Origin: the human T2T-CHM13v2.0 reference genome, Homo sapiens
DNA: 64,000 nucleotides
Reading direction: 5' to 3' (one strand)
Assembly: GCF_009914755.1 (NCBI RefSeq)
Contig: NC_060942.1
Shown here in pieces: positions 13,461 through 26,866 of the stretch (positions within the stretch are counted from its first letter, which is position 1; each line of letters starts with the position of its first letter). A model generated the notes under the pieces. That model had not been told where the DNA came from and did not search any database. It was given only the letters and a program-made list of their open reading frames with translations. The position numbers and the translations under genes were made by a program.

Positions 13461-14442
13461 TGTCCTGCCTTTTCCCTGGTAGATACAGCCCAGAGCCAGG
13501 GCACACACACAGCTGGTTCAGCTCCACTCACTTCTTGATGGTCACCTTTGTGCCCGTAGACAGTATCTCTGTTCCCTCCCCCTCAAAGATTTCCAGAGTG
13601 GTGTGCAGGGCTCCCTTTCAGTTGGCAAACCTTTTGACATCTCCATGGGAGATGGTCCAGCCAACTCTGGCGTATATTCTCAGAGATCCTGCTTACCACA
13701 CTGGTGCCAGCTCTTGTCTGTTGGGTTAGAGAATATGTTTGGTTGGGTGGTGTGATGTCATGGGCCAGGGGAATCTTGTCCTGCCTCACCAATTACAGGG
13801 TTGCTTCCTGGGCCTCAAATCTAATTGCACAGAGATGAGAGCTCTCCTGGGAGATGAAAATGGTGGCTTGTGAGGACAAGTGGGTGTAAATGACTGATAA
13901 CAGATTGTTTTGTCTGGAAGGAAGGACTTGCATGTGCCTGTGCATGTGTGTGTGAGTGTGCGTGTGCATATGTGTGCAGGGAGGGATTCTGAAGAGGAAG
14001 GTGTTGCACAAGGATGTCCAGGTTGAAACCCAGGAGCTTTTCTAGCGTGGCTCTACTGACTCTAGTGGACAGAGAACAGGCTCTGGAGCTCCAAATCCCC
14101 CAGATTCTGCTCCTGTCTGCTGATAGGTAGAAGCAGGAACAAAACTTACTTTGAAATGCACAGACAGAAAATCTTAATACAAGCCCCACAGCCCCTGATC
14201 TAGAAGTGTCAGCTGTCCCCCTTTGGAGCATGAACTGAGCCCTCACCAGCTCTTCCCAGAGCTTCTGTGCCCCTCCCCAGCCTCTTGCTCCAAGCCTGCA
14301 CTTTTGGCAGGACCCCCTCGAGGCAGTTAATTAAAAAATCAGTGTTTGCCTTTATATTGGAAAAGAGATTTTTGCCCCCTCTGTAAGTGATAAGTGTTTC
14401 AGCTGAGCCTGGTGAGGTATCTGGGGCTGGAAGAGTTGCTTT

Positions 14443-14540
14443 TACTAATACATGCCAAGAAGACTGTAATGCTGTCTTCATAAAATAAGGGGATGGGGCT
14501 AGATGACCTCATGGCGGTGTGTGGTGGTTCTGATGCTCTG
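14443..14540 (-). repeat. 98-bp segment with an inverted copy at 11442-11539
   Basis: Contains a 25-bp exact block (cccatccccttattttatgaagaca on the minus strand). Confidence 0.93.
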
Positions 14541-15105
14541 GCCCCAAGAACCCCTTGTCTCCGGAAGGGAGTTGCTTCCAACCATCTGGGCCTCTTTCTC
14601 AGCTGTTTTGCCAAAAATAAAGTATTGGGGTTCACCCTCAGTTTTGTGAGGCCTTAGAAGCAAATGCCAAGGCCCATCTGTCCAGGGGCCATGTTCTCAG
14701 GGAAATGCTGTTAGCTACCTACATGCCAGGGTTTCTCTTCCTCTGGCTGCCTCATTTCTTACACTGGCAAGGGAGCTGAATGAAAGCCTTCTCTGCACAT
14801 ACAAAGATCTGTAGACTGTCCGACACCCTTCTACTCTTTAATCATCAGCATTGTCATCGTTGCCTTCATCTCTGACATTTGTACAAATCTGATGGCTTAC
14901 CAGGTACCATCAAATATATAGTCATTTCATTTGAGACACAAGCTCCCCTTATGGTGGAGCTGGGGCAGGTGTAAACTTCATTGTTTTATAGGAAGCAGAG
15001 GCAGAGGGGTTAATATCAATTTTTTTTTCCCTAAGGCCTGGTAAGGACTGGGGCCAGAACTAGAATCCAGGTCTTTTGCTAAGCTATCTTATGTCTTGAC
15101 CCCCC

Positions 15106-15176
15106 ATCAATCCATCCATCCATCCATCCATTCACCCACCCATCCACCCATCCACCCATCCATCCATCATTCCATC
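15106..15176 (+). repeat. (TCCA)n microsatellite at an L2-like tail
   Basis: tccatccatccatccatccattcacccacc..., followed by attattaagtgctca. Confidence 0.85.
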
Positions 15177-15819
15177 CGGCAGATAATTATTAAGTGCTCA
15201 TTTCATTCCAACCATGTAGATAGCTATAGAGTAGTGAACAAAACAGGATCTTTTCCCTGTCCCTGGCAGCTGTCCTTTCAGTGGAGATTCTCTTTCTGGG
15301 ACATGGTGCTGTCTTTATAGGTAGGAAGAACTGGGGAGCTGGACATGCGGCTCTCAGAGGAACATTTTGTTTTCACTTCTCATCACTTCCTCCTTCCTTC
15401 TTCCCACAGCAGACAGGATTTAGGCCATTTTGGGAGTCCCCCACTTTCTGATTTCTAGTACCTTTGGCATCATGGGCAGTGTTTGGGTGGCGGAGGAGCA
15501 GCTACTCCTTTTGGCGGGGGACACTGACATTCCTGGGCACTGCTGCGTGCCGCTGCTGAACCAGGCACTTGGCCAACATTCTCTTCTAATTCATTCCTCA
15601 CACAGTTCTGAGGGGCAGTAGACAGGCTGGGTAAAGAGGCTGAGGAGAGTGCGCCAGGCCAGGGAAGCAGTGATTTTTGGTGGTCTCACAGCAGTGACAC
15701 TCTGACATAGCTTGTCAACAGAGGGCTACAGTCTGTCCAGCTTAGCAGACAAGTTTCTTCATGGCTTGTTCTCAAACTTCAACGTCCAGCTGAGGCATGC
15801 ATAAAAAAAGGCAGATAAC

Positions 15820-15935
15820 CAGGCCCCACCTCCAGAGAGTCCCATTCAGCAAGTGGGTGAGGGGGTTGGGGATCTGCATTGAAACAAGCCCCCATCCTCC
15901 ATGATTCCAGTGCAGAGCTTGGGGAACCACTCTGA
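15820..15935. mobile_element. MER5-type hAT-Charlie MITE fragment
   Basis: caggccccacctccagag...atctgcatt..aacaagcccc...tggggaaccact. Confidence 0.55.
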
Positions 15936-18306
15936 AGTAAGGAAAGCAGCTTTTCCTTTGGACAGTGCAGGCCTTTGGGAGTGAATCCAGTACAAAAACA
16001 GCATTAGCTCTGAGGACAAGAAATGTGTACAGAACTTGCAATATTCCAGGACTAGGGGAGAAACTTGTCCCAACTTTAGTGCCAAATTCCCCTCCAGGCT
16101 GTGCAAAATGTGGAAGTCCCTGTGCTTCCCGGCACCACCTGGGTGTAGCTCTGGAGGGCATGAAGCAAGAAAAACATTCCCCACTTGGAAGAAGTCCAGA
16201 GCTGGGCATACAGACCCGTGGAGGGTGCAAGGGCCCCTGAATGGGAACAGACCAGAAACCACAGATAGCTTCAGTTTGGAAGTCAAACGCTGGGACGGGA
16301 GAAGCTTCTAGTCTTCATCATCGAGGACTGCTGAAATCCCAGGGTCAGCTCAGGGATCTGTGTGCACCCAAAGCAGCCTCTTGAAGCAGAAGCTGACCTT
16401 AGGGGTTATTTAGTTACAGGGACAGCCAGTGCAGGGCAACGCAGGCTGCCAGTCCAGCTCTTAGGACTGGGGCAGTCACGCCTAATCAACCGTGGCAGCT
16501 GTTCCTTCAAGCCTACAGGCAGCATCAGAATTCCTCTGAACAATCCCCACAGGCTGGGGATTTCCAAGATTCAAGCTGGCACTTGCGTTCCAAGCAGGCC
16601 TCTTTGCCATTCCCCATCTAGATGAACACCCTTATTTGACACACAAAGAGTATAAAGCTGAGAGAGAGAAAGTGGCTTACTGAAGGTTACATGTTTATTT
16701 GGGATTACAGCTGGGAGGTGAAGGGAGATAGCTACATAGTAAGATGGCATTTTCAAGGGGTGTTTGGGTTCCCTGGCTAAGTAAGTTGGAGAAATCCTGT
16801 ATGTAATACCACCTCTAACTCGAAGATTCACCACTCATACAGTATGCAAAAGACTTGGAAAGGTTGCAAACCTGGAGAAGTTGGCAGGAAACAAAACAAA
16901 ACAAAACAAAAACCTTGTTTAACTTTTTCAACTTTATAATGTTTCCATGCACTTCTTAGATACATTTGATCCTGGGACCCTTCAGTGACCTAGCAGCTGC
17001 TCAATCCTGTGGAACAATTTGTTCCTGAAACACATGTTGGGACCTGCACGTTTAGCAGGAGATCGGGCAGCAAGACACACACAACTCTGTTTTTGTGGTG
17101 CACCTTGGCCATGATCAAGGGCGCAGGAAGCACACGGGGTTGGCACTGAACCAAGCTGCCCTCAATTGGGATCTGGGGAGCGATGGACCTCTGTGACTTC
17201 TTTTCACTCGGGAGGTTTAGGTTCCTCAAGACATGAAGAAGGGGCTTGGGGCTGGGCATGGGTTTACTCACCAATCCTAGACAACAGGAAAAAGCAGCTT
17301 TTTCAGAAGGTGGGCTCAGGATAAATCAAAGCAATTTCCATTTCCCGAGTGAGGGGTAAACGTAGAGAACTCAGAGGTGTGTTTTTGTGGAGAGGTGGGT
17401 GTGGGTGAAAATTTCACACCCCACTTAGGGGCAGTTAAAAACAGACCTAAGAACACAGAGATAAAGAAAAAAAAAGACACGAAACATTGAAGCAATTGCC
17501 ATGAAGCTCATGTACTTAACTCTGTGGCTGTTTATTGGATTTCTTTAATAGCTTATTGACTCTCGGTTCACGAGGAATTCTACCAGAATCAGGGTCCTAT
17601 CTTGGCTCAAGGTCCACAACAGATTGGGAACAACTATTGGAGGGGGAAGACAGGCTTAGGGACCACAGAGCAGATAGCTGAGAGGAGTGGGCACATACCC
17701 ATCTTGTCTCATAAGTCACCATCAGGTAGTGAGGACCACAAGGAAACAGGGAAACATCCACTGTATTTATTCACCTCTGAAGGAACCAAGAAAGTTAAGT
17801 GCACGAGCATTTAGGAAAGGTTTCCAAACTGAAAGATAGAGATTCAATGGGTAAATTTCTGTTATAGAGAAAATTTACTTATGTGCATCTTTCCCAACAA
17901 TGCTGATAAATAAAACATCACTGTAAGTTCTAAACACACTGGATAAAGTCCCACTGGACAGACTCACACTGTTTTAGGAAACAAAGAGTGTCAGGTCATC
18001 TGGTTCAATCCCTTCATTTTGTAGGCACGGAAGTATATGTAGGAGTGAGAGGGACCCCTGGCTCAAGGCCCACAGCTGATGAGAGCAGAGACAGTCTCCC
18101 ACCCCGGTCTAGAGTTTGCTGTTGTCAGGGGCAACCGTGGGGGTGGATTATTACGCTTTCCCCAGCCCATCCCTCATCGCTTCTCCAAACCCAGACTTCC
18201 AGACTTCAGGGACTTGGGCCCACCCGGGAGCTGTCTTAGGCCCCTACTAGATTTTATTCAAGCCATAGCAGCTCTCTCCAGGAAGTGAAATGGTCATTTC
18301 TTTCCT

Positions 18307-18588
18307 TTTTTTTTTTCAGACAAGGTCTCACACTGTCACCCAGGCTGCAGTGCAGTGGTGCAATCTTGGCTCACTGCAGCCTCGACTGCCCAGTCTCAGC
18401 TGATCCTCCCACCTCAGCCTCCCTGGTAGTTGGGACTATAGGCACGTGCCACCATACCCAGCTAAGTTTTGTATTTTTTGTAGAGACAGGGTTTTGCCAT
18501 GTTGCCCAGGCTGGTCTTAAACTCCTGAGCTCAACTGACCTGCTACCTTGGCCTCCCAAAGTGCTTGGACTATAGGCGTGAGCCACCA
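18307..18588 (-). mobile_element. Alu (AluJ-like), antisense, slightly 5'-truncated
   Basis: Perfect 16-bp TSD tgaaatggtcatttct at 18286-18301 and 18589-18604. Confidence 0.96.
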
Positions 18589-20322
18589 TGAAATGGTCAT
18601 TTCTAACCAGTGACCAGAGGCTCTGTTCCCCAATTCTTCCCCTGGGTCTTCAAAGCCACTCTGGCTTCCCTGCCTTCTGCAAATATGCTCCTCTCCCTCT
18701 TCCTGACCTCCCCACCCCAACCCCTGTGGGATGAGCCAGGCTGGCAAGTCAGGTGGGAACTGGGCCGATTCCTGCTGGGACTCTCACCTAGGATGTCCTG
18801 CTCCTCCTTCCCATCACTGTCTAAATCACCCCATCTTTCCAGGTGGTGAAGAAGCCTCACAGCCATCCCCAACATCTCCAGACCCTGTGACTCTTCCTGC
18901 CCGCTGGGTGTTGGTGCAGGAATGGGGCATTGTGGAGATTAAGCCAGAGTTGGGGACTTGAAGGAAATTTTGCTGACTTCATCAGCCATCCTTGGCCTGA
19001 CAGCCAATGACAGTGTTTGAAGACGGGTCACTGCTTCTATGTCTTCGGGTAGTGTGACTCATTTCTCAGAAGACGGGCATATATATTCTATCTATTTTCA
19101 GTGGAACTCATATTTAAAGCTTGTGGAGTTCCAGCTTTGTGTGAAAAAAAATACTAACCCTTCTCAAAGTGATAGAAATAAGCCGTTTTCTCTTTTCTTT
19201 TCTCTGTAGGACAGTTAGTCCATCAGCCCCCATTCAGCAGCATTTATGGGGTGTGGAATATCAGGCTAAGGAGATACAAAGGAAATGTGGGAAGGCGGTG
19301 GCTCGGAATCCTATACTGGGCTGGGCTCAGGTTCCAGTTGCACCACTTCTGAGCCGGGCACCCTTATTCTTGGTGCTTCATTCTCTTGTCTGTAAAATGG
19401 GGATATTAATGCCTCATGGGGTGTGAGGATCAGATGAAACAATGGATAAATCACTTGAGGAAGCACTCAGAAAATGGGAGCAACTATTCTACCAAATGGG
19501 TTATTTATTGACCTGCACCTCTACCATCTATAAAAGGGTGTCATTGGGATTCTTGAAAACAGCAAATGAAATGGAAATTCTGCACATTTAATAATGATGT
19601 AAAAGTCTGCCCTTGGGTCTGAATTGAACTCTGCTTTTGTTGGCTGGGTGGCTGTGGAGAGAGTTCCTACCCCATGGGTCTGAGGACAAAATGGCACCAA
19701 TCGCCTCCATAAACAGGGTTCGCCACTTCGCAATTCATCACTTACAGTTTACAGGTCACAGAGCACTTGCTCATGGGTTCATTTCACATGAGTGATCTCG
19801 CTTAGTCTTGAGGTGGGAGGCTGGGGTTCTAGACTCAGCACCTTCACCTGTAGCGGGTGACCTGGGGTAAGCACCTGAACCACTGTGTCCCATGGGCTCT
19901 CTGTTGGCCAAATGGGACGACATTACAGCTCTTTCAGGTTGTCCTGGGAATCAGAGGCGAGGCCTAGTACGGGGCTGGGCTCACTGTATGCTCTCAGATC
20001 AAGGGAAAGGACACTACGGTTGTGGTTGCCGCTATTCCACCCTCAGTGTCCTCATCCGTCATGTGTGTTGAACACACTCTGTGTAGCCCCATGTTCTGTG
20101 GGAAGCCTGGAGCTCCTGAGGCCTCTATGGGGCAGGCCCTGCTCGAGCAGGGTAGTTTGCACAGCCAGGCTTTCCCACCTTCCCTCACCCTGAGCTGTTC
20201 TGCTTGGTTTGGTGACATATTAAAATGTTTGCACACCACTTACCTGGTGTAAAGGGCTTGGGACATGTCAATCTCCAGTCAGCATCCTCTGTTCACTCAC
20301 CCTTCCCAAGCTCTGTGCCACA

Positions 20323-20756
20323 AACACACACACGCACACACACACTATACAATACATCCACACACATAATACACAACCACAACACACATATAACACATGT
20401 ACAGACCACATACCCTGCACAATACACCCCCCATATGCAACCCATATACACAGCATGCACACATACTACACACACCAACACACACTTATACACGTACACC
20501 ATGCACACAACACACACGCACATGACACAATACACACCATACACAACACACCACGTACACACATACCACACATATGCACACAACACACACACCTTACACA
20601 CCACACATAATACATACAACACACACACCACACACAATATATACAACACACAACATACACACACACCACGCATACACACACTGTGCCCAGCACACACAAT
20701 ATACACAACAAACACACATGCACACCACACACGTGTACCACACACATGCACACATA
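20323..20756 (+). repeat. Degenerate (CA)n low-complexity tract
   Basis: About 430 bp of acacac/atacac; source of the spurious His/Thr-rich and Cys/Val-rich ORFs. Confidence 0.93.
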
Positions 20757-20970
20757 CTGTGGTCATCCTTGCCTCCAACTCATCCCCATCCTGTTCCCCT
20801 CTCACCTGGTCACCTTACCTGGCCTTCACCTTAGATCCGCCTCTTGCCCAAAGACACCTGGATGCCCCCCGCTCCCTGAATGCTTGAAGGAACATTTAAT
20901 TAGATTCAGCTCAGGGTTCCCTGCTATGCAGATTGTCCTGGTGTCCACTCTGTAAGCTCCCCCAGGCTAA

Positions 20971-20995
20971 GGCCCTCAGGGCCCTCAGGGCCCTC
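20971..20995 (+). repeat. Short tandem repeat (ggccctcag)x~3
   Basis: ggccctcag ggccctcag ggccctc. Confidence 0.9.
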
Positions 20996-23874
20996 TTTTG
21001 GTGGCTTGCTGACCACATTTGGCGGGAATGGACAAGAACTCCGTATTTTATTGTTTGCCAGCTCTCAGAGCCACTCCAGGAGTCTCTGAAGGCTCCCTGT
21101 GGCCAGAGCCCCTGTCCTGCCAGGTCAGTGGACACGGCTCAGGAGGAGAGGCTCTGGGGAGCCCTTGTCCGGGGTGATGGGTCAGTTCATGGGGAAGACC
21201 CATGGAGTGAGGCCAAGGCTGGGGGACACTGGGCCAGCCTCGGGCTGAGGGTGACACGGTCCTGTGCCTTGTCAGTCTCTCCCCTCTGGGTGCCAGAGCC
21301 CTTGATTCAGTTCTTCAGTGTGCCCCGCCAGGTACCCAGCCCGGACGGGGCCTGTGTGAGGAACACGCATGCAGTGGCACCGCTCCTGCACCCAGGAGGA
21401 CAACACGCCTGGGTGGAGTTGGACCCTTCAGTGAGATGACCTCCTGGTCTTTGGGGAGTGACTCCTAATCCTGCTACCCTCTGGATTCCAGCTCCAGAAA
21501 CCCAAGAAACACCATGGAAACCCAAGACACACCACCCTGGAAGGGAAATCGGCAACCATAAGGCAGCCTCCTCACCTCATTTTGCAGAGACCCAGAAGGG
21601 CCTGGGGACTTGCTCACAGGCACACAGCTACTTAGTGGCAGGATGAGTCCTTCGCAATGTGAGGAGTCACTTCCTGCTGTCTGAGCTTCACAAATCCAGA
21701 CTTTTTCTGATCAGATTTACTGACATCGTGGGTCTGTTTTTAAAAGCAACACCAAGAAAGGGCATTGTGATATGAATTCTAACTTTGCCAAGAGGTTATG
21801 ACCACTGGTTTCATCCTGACAACATCCACTTAAGTTTGCGGAAAACTTTGTGGGGTGACTGTTCCCAGCTCTTGTTCTGGGCCGGTGGAGAGCAGTCTCG
21901 AGGTGTGGGGTGCATCTGGCCAGGCCCTGCCTGACAGGCAGACACCTTCCCGCTGACCACCAGCTCTCTGTGGGAGGCAGGCCTGAGGGCAGACGCCAGA
22001 AGGGTGCGCTGTTTCCTCTTCTGGCCCAGGGCTTTAGAAATGGGGCTGGGAGGCTTCCTTCTCTTTCTGCCAGAGCTTCATACCCTGTCTGGACGCCCCC
22101 CGCCACCACCCCACCCCATCTACATAGGACTGGAGCTGGCCCTTATGCTGTTTAATCAGCAAAGTGTAAGGTCTTAGACCACTAAGGTCTAAGGTCACCC
22201 CACCCCCAGTTCTTCTCAAACCTTGATGTATCTTCCACATGCCTGAAACCTTCCACCCAGGGAAGTCATTTCCCAGTATTCAGGGACATTGGCTACTCTG
22301 CAGGCCAGTGGGGAGAGAGGCCAGTAAGTAGAAAGATGGTGGACTCACCTTTTGGAGAGCCTGGCAGGTCATGAGCGCTGGTCTTGCTCTGCTGGGCTCT
22401 GGAGTCTGACAGACCTGGGTTCAAATCTTGCCTCTGCCACTTCGTGGCTCTGTGGTTACTTAATCCTTCTGAATATTAGTTGATGTGAGGCTTACAATAG
22501 TGCCCACTGCCTGGTGGGGATCCTGTGGGATTCTGGAGGGAGGATGCAGTGGGGCTGGCCCCTGGCATCATGGGAAGCAGGTGCAGCTCGCCTTAGGTAA
22601 CCCCAACCTTCCCTGTTAGCTTCCTGTTGCCCTCGGGTACCGGAAATCCTGCCACACACCAGACTCTAATTTCCTCCCTCAAGAGCCTTTTCACTTGGAT
22701 GCAAGTGACTAGGGATGATGAGACAGATGGGGTCCCCTGCCGAGGGACAGAATTTACACAGGGCAAAAACAAGGGCCTGAAGGGACAAGGTGCCTGCCTT
22801 GATTTCACCATGGCAGAGGAATCCTTCTGGGGCAAAAGCGAGAGCCCTGGCCTGGGAATCTCTAGTTGCGTCCCAGCTCACTGGTCATATCCTTTGCCCA
22901 AGACAGAGAGAGCTCCCTCCTTCTAGCTTGCCAGGTGTCCCTGAAATGTAATTGTGACGGGGTTCACTCTCGGAGATGACACAGCTCTCCCTCTCCTCCT
23001 GAACTGTCTGCTGCCTGATGCCTAAGGCATCTCTGGGGATGTGCAGTTCTGTGGGTCACGAGTCTCCATCCTCCACCTTCCCCCCAGCCAGGCTGAGTGC
23101 CCACTCTCATTCAGCATTCAGTTCATCTCTGCTCACATAGCCACAGAGGGGAAGTCTCTGCTGAGGCCCAGATTGGGCAAATGGAATACAGTTTCCCCTG
23201 GTTTGAAATACATTCATAACAAACTAATGACCCTGGCGAGGTTACTTCTAAATTGGCTCTGATAGACTCCTCCAAACAAGCAGGAAACCCACAGCTTTCC
23301 TTCATGTCCACACCACTGTTCAAGGACGACTGTGGATCCTGATAATGGTCCTGAGTGTGTTTCTGCAGGATCCAAAGGCTTCCTGAATAAACAAAGGAAG
23401 GTTGCAGGTATTTTATTACAGGCTAGTTCTTTGAAAATAGATGCCCTGGTAGAGGATGCAGAATAACTCTGCAAACCTGGAACATTTGACTAACATGAAC
23501 TTTCACGTATGTGGGGCTTTGCTCCGAATGTGCTATAATGTCCATGCAAAGCCTCATGTAGCCTGTGGAGACAGCTTCTTTCGGACCAAGAATCTGCCAG
23601 AAACTCAGAAGTGTCATACAGGTACCCCCTCTCCTCGCTGGAACTCAAGCTTATGCCTGAAGTCAACGCTGACTAGCTGGACTCCCATTTTATGGAGCTA
23701 TGGGGTGGAGGGATTAAAAGATGGAAGTTGAACCAGTTATTTCCAGTACCACGTTTGCTATTAGTACTTTCCCCTGGATTTTCCAGGAAGAGTGCAGGGG
23801 TCCTTGAGCCCACGTCTCCAGGGGACTGTGTGACCATCTCCATGGCTGCTTACCATAGTGCCAGGGACTGGCCC

Positions 23875-24030
23875 AGAGACTGGATTTCTTTACTTTGTCA
23901 CTACTGACATTTTGGGCAGGATGATTCTTTGTTGCAGGGGCTGTTCCGTGCTTTGTTGGGTGTTTGGCAGCATTCCTGGCACCTCCCCACTAGATGCTAG
24001 TAGCATCCCTGGCTTGGTTGTTGAGAACTA
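23875..24030 (+). mobile_element. MER20-like hAT-Charlie MITE, internally deleted
   Basis: cactactgacattttgggcaggatgattctttgttg...tttggcagcattcctggc..cccactagatgctagtagca...gttgagaact. Confidence 0.8.
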
Positions 24031-24419
24031 CTTCTGTGCATATATCATCACACGTAATCCTCATGGCAGCCCTTAGAAGAATCAGCTTTATTGTCATCTT
24101 TGCTTTAAGGATGAGTTTGCTGGGGCTGAGTGATACTAAGTAACTCATCTACAGCAGCTGGGACTCAAACCTGAGTCTGTATGGCCCCAAAGTCCGGGAT
24201 TTTACCATAATTCCTGCTGCAGGGGATAAGATCTCATTCACTGTCTGGAGCTCCAAGGAGCCCAGGATCTCAGCTGGTGTTTACCTGGGAAAATGCCTAA
24301 GCTTGGGTTTGGGAGAAGTGAACAAATAGTCATGCCCAATGCAAGGGTCTCAACCTAAGAATTCTCTTACTTCCAGAGCTTTCTGGGGCCAGGTGGTGAT
24401 GGGAGGAAGGAGTTGAGTA

Positions 24420-24872
24420 GAGAACCACAATCACTTATTATTGCTCGCCATTCTATGGGAAAGCCCAGTAGTTCTTCCGATCTCATTTAGGCTCATTGGG
24501 GCTCACTCAGACACGTGTGGCTTGCTGCTCTTGGCTGGGCTCTGTCACATGGCCTTGGCTGGAATGACCAGGCAGACTTGGCGTTGTTCTGTGTGGTCTC
24601 TCATGGTCCAGCAGGTTAGCTCAGCTTGCTCACATAGCAAAGGCAGGAATCTTAGAGACACAGAGACCAAGAGAAATATGCAAGACCCTTTGGGGCTTAG
24701 GCTTGGAGCTAGAACAGTCACTTCCACCTTCTTCTATTGGCCAAAGCAAGTCACAAAGCCAGCCCACATTCAAAGATGGGGAAATAGACTCTACCTCTTG
24801 ACTGAGAGAGCTGCAGAGTCACATCACAAGGGAGCAGAAGTGAAGAGGAGGGAATGGAGGCCATTTTTGTAG
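24420..24872 (-). mobile_element. MaLR solo LTR (MLT1H-like), partial
   Basis: tcacttccaccttcttctattggccaaagcaagtcacaaagccagcccacattcaa...atagactctacctcttga...ggccatttttg. Confidence 0.8.
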
Positions 24873-25942
24873 TTGTTGTCTCATAGTGCTCATCTGGTCT
24901 TCTGGCTCAGTTCCTGGAAGCTCGTGGCCCATCAGTGAGAGAGAGAAGTGAAGCGTTAGTGGGTTCAGGCTCTTGCAGAGACATTCTACCTGCCCAGACA
25001 CAGAGCAGGTCTCCTGTCACCTCTCAGGATGGTGAACTCCATGACAGTATGGGCCTTATTCATCCCTGAGTCCCAAGACCTAGCAGGTGCCTGGCACACA
25101 GTAGCTTTTCAGATAATAGTTGGTAAATGTGAAATTATTTCAATTTGTTTTCTTGAACTCAATTCAGTGGTCTTTGGTAAGTATCTACTGTCCACTGAGC
25201 TCAGCCCTATTGAATCCAAGGGAGTCAGAGATTTTGTTCACTTCTCGGCCTGGCTGTCGGGACCATGAACCAAAGCTTAGGCACAATTGATAGGGGACTG
25301 CAGAGAAGGGACACCAGCAGCCTTCATGGTGCTGGCCATGTGCACCACGCCTATGTCGGGACAGCTCAGGGCATCCAAGGACGGGCGTGGTGGGGCCCTG
25401 TCTCTGGAAACTCTTCCCAGGTTCTTGGCATGACGTGGGTTGGGTGGATTTTCCGCTAATTGTCCAACTGGCTCAGTTCAGTCACATCCAGCTGTGCCTG
25501 GGCAGCCTGGGGGGTTCCCCTTTCCTTTGCAAGCCCAATCGCTCTGGAAGGGTGGCCTATGGCTCCCTTCTACCTCAGTGCTGGCTGTGCGAGCGTGGCC
25601 CAGATTCTTAGAAGCAGGAAGCTTTCTTCTGTCAGGAGTCCGTGAGGTTGGCTTCCCCTGGGCCCGGCCTGGAACCCAGGCTTGGTGTTGTCTGGGAGGG
25701 CCCTGCCGGAGGCGTCCCCTCTTTCTGCACTCCAACTTGGAGGAGGAGGGTTGGCCTTAGGTAGATGTCATGCCTCTCTCTCTTCCCTCCTTCAGCCTTT
25801 CCTAGGGTCAGGAGTGAGGACTGGGGGTGGGAGGGGAAGTGAGATTCCTTCCAGATCAGGAAATACAAGACCAGTGTATGTGGTTTCTCAGTAGGTGACA
25901 GAGCAGAGATTATATCAGTCACTAGGAACAGGGAAGGGTGCC

Positions 25943-26866
25943 TGTGTGTGTGTGTGGTCATGCTGAGGTGTGAGGGTGTGTGTGCATGTGGTGTGTGTGT
26001 GTGGTCATGCTGAGGTGTGAGGGGGTGTGTGTGTGTGTGTGGTCATGCTGAGGTGTGAGGGTGTGTGTGTGTGTGTGGTCATGCTGAGGTGTGAGGTGGT
26101 GTGTGTGTGGGGTCATGCTGGGGTGTGAGGGTGTGTGTGTGTGTGTGGTCATGCTGGGGTGTGAGGGTGTGTGTGTGTGTGTGGTCATGCTGAGGTGTGA
26201 GGGTGTGTGTGTGTGTGGGGTCATGCTGGGGCAGAATTGTGTGTGTGTGTGTGTGTGGTTATGCTGGGGTGTGAGGGTGTGTGTGCATGTGGTGTGTGTG
26301 TGTGATCATGCTGAGGTGTGAGGGTGTGTGTGCATGTGGTGTGTGTGTGTGATCATGCTGAGGTGTGAGGGTGTGTGTGCATGTGGTGTGTGTGTGTGGT
26401 CATGCTGGGGTAGGAGGGTGTGTGTGCATGTGGTGCGTATGTGTGTGTGTGATCATGCTGAGGTGTGAGGGGGTGTGTGCATGTGGTGTGTGTGTGATGA
26501 TGCTGGGGTGCGAGGGTGTGTGTGCATGTGGGGTGTGTGTGTGTGGTCATGCGGAGGTGTGAGGGTGTGTGTGCATGTGGTATGTGTGTGTGGTCATGTG
26601 GAGGTGTGAGGGTGTGTGTACCTGTGGTGTGTGTGTGTGGTCATGCTGACGTGTGAGGGTGTGTGCGCATGTGGTGTGTGTGTGAGATCATGCTGGGGTG
26701 GGAAGGTGTGTGTGTGGCCATGCAGAGGTGTGAGGGTGTGTGTGCATGTGGTGTATGTGTGTGGTCATGCAGAAGTGTGAGGGTGTGTGTGCCTGTGGTG
26801 TGTGTGTGGGGTCATGCGGAGGTGTGAGGGTGTGTGTGCATGTGGTGTGTGTGTGAGTGTGTGTGT
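25943..26866 (+). repeat. GT-rich minisatellite, about 21 units mostly 37-48 bp
   Basis: Unit is approximately (GT)n-GGTCATGCTGAGGTGTGAGG-(GT)n-GCATGTG; I counted 21 core copies. Confidence 0.96.

Noticed and set aside
20225-20887. 220-aa His/Thr-rich ORF and the antisense Cys/Val-rich ORFs
   Set aside because: Translation of a CA-rich low-complexity tract that lacks stop codons; no splice or codon evidence.
25943-26866. CRISPR-like array (constant core with variable spacers)
   Set aside because: The variable parts are only (GT)n of differing length, not unique spacers. The context is eukaryotic, with no cas genes.
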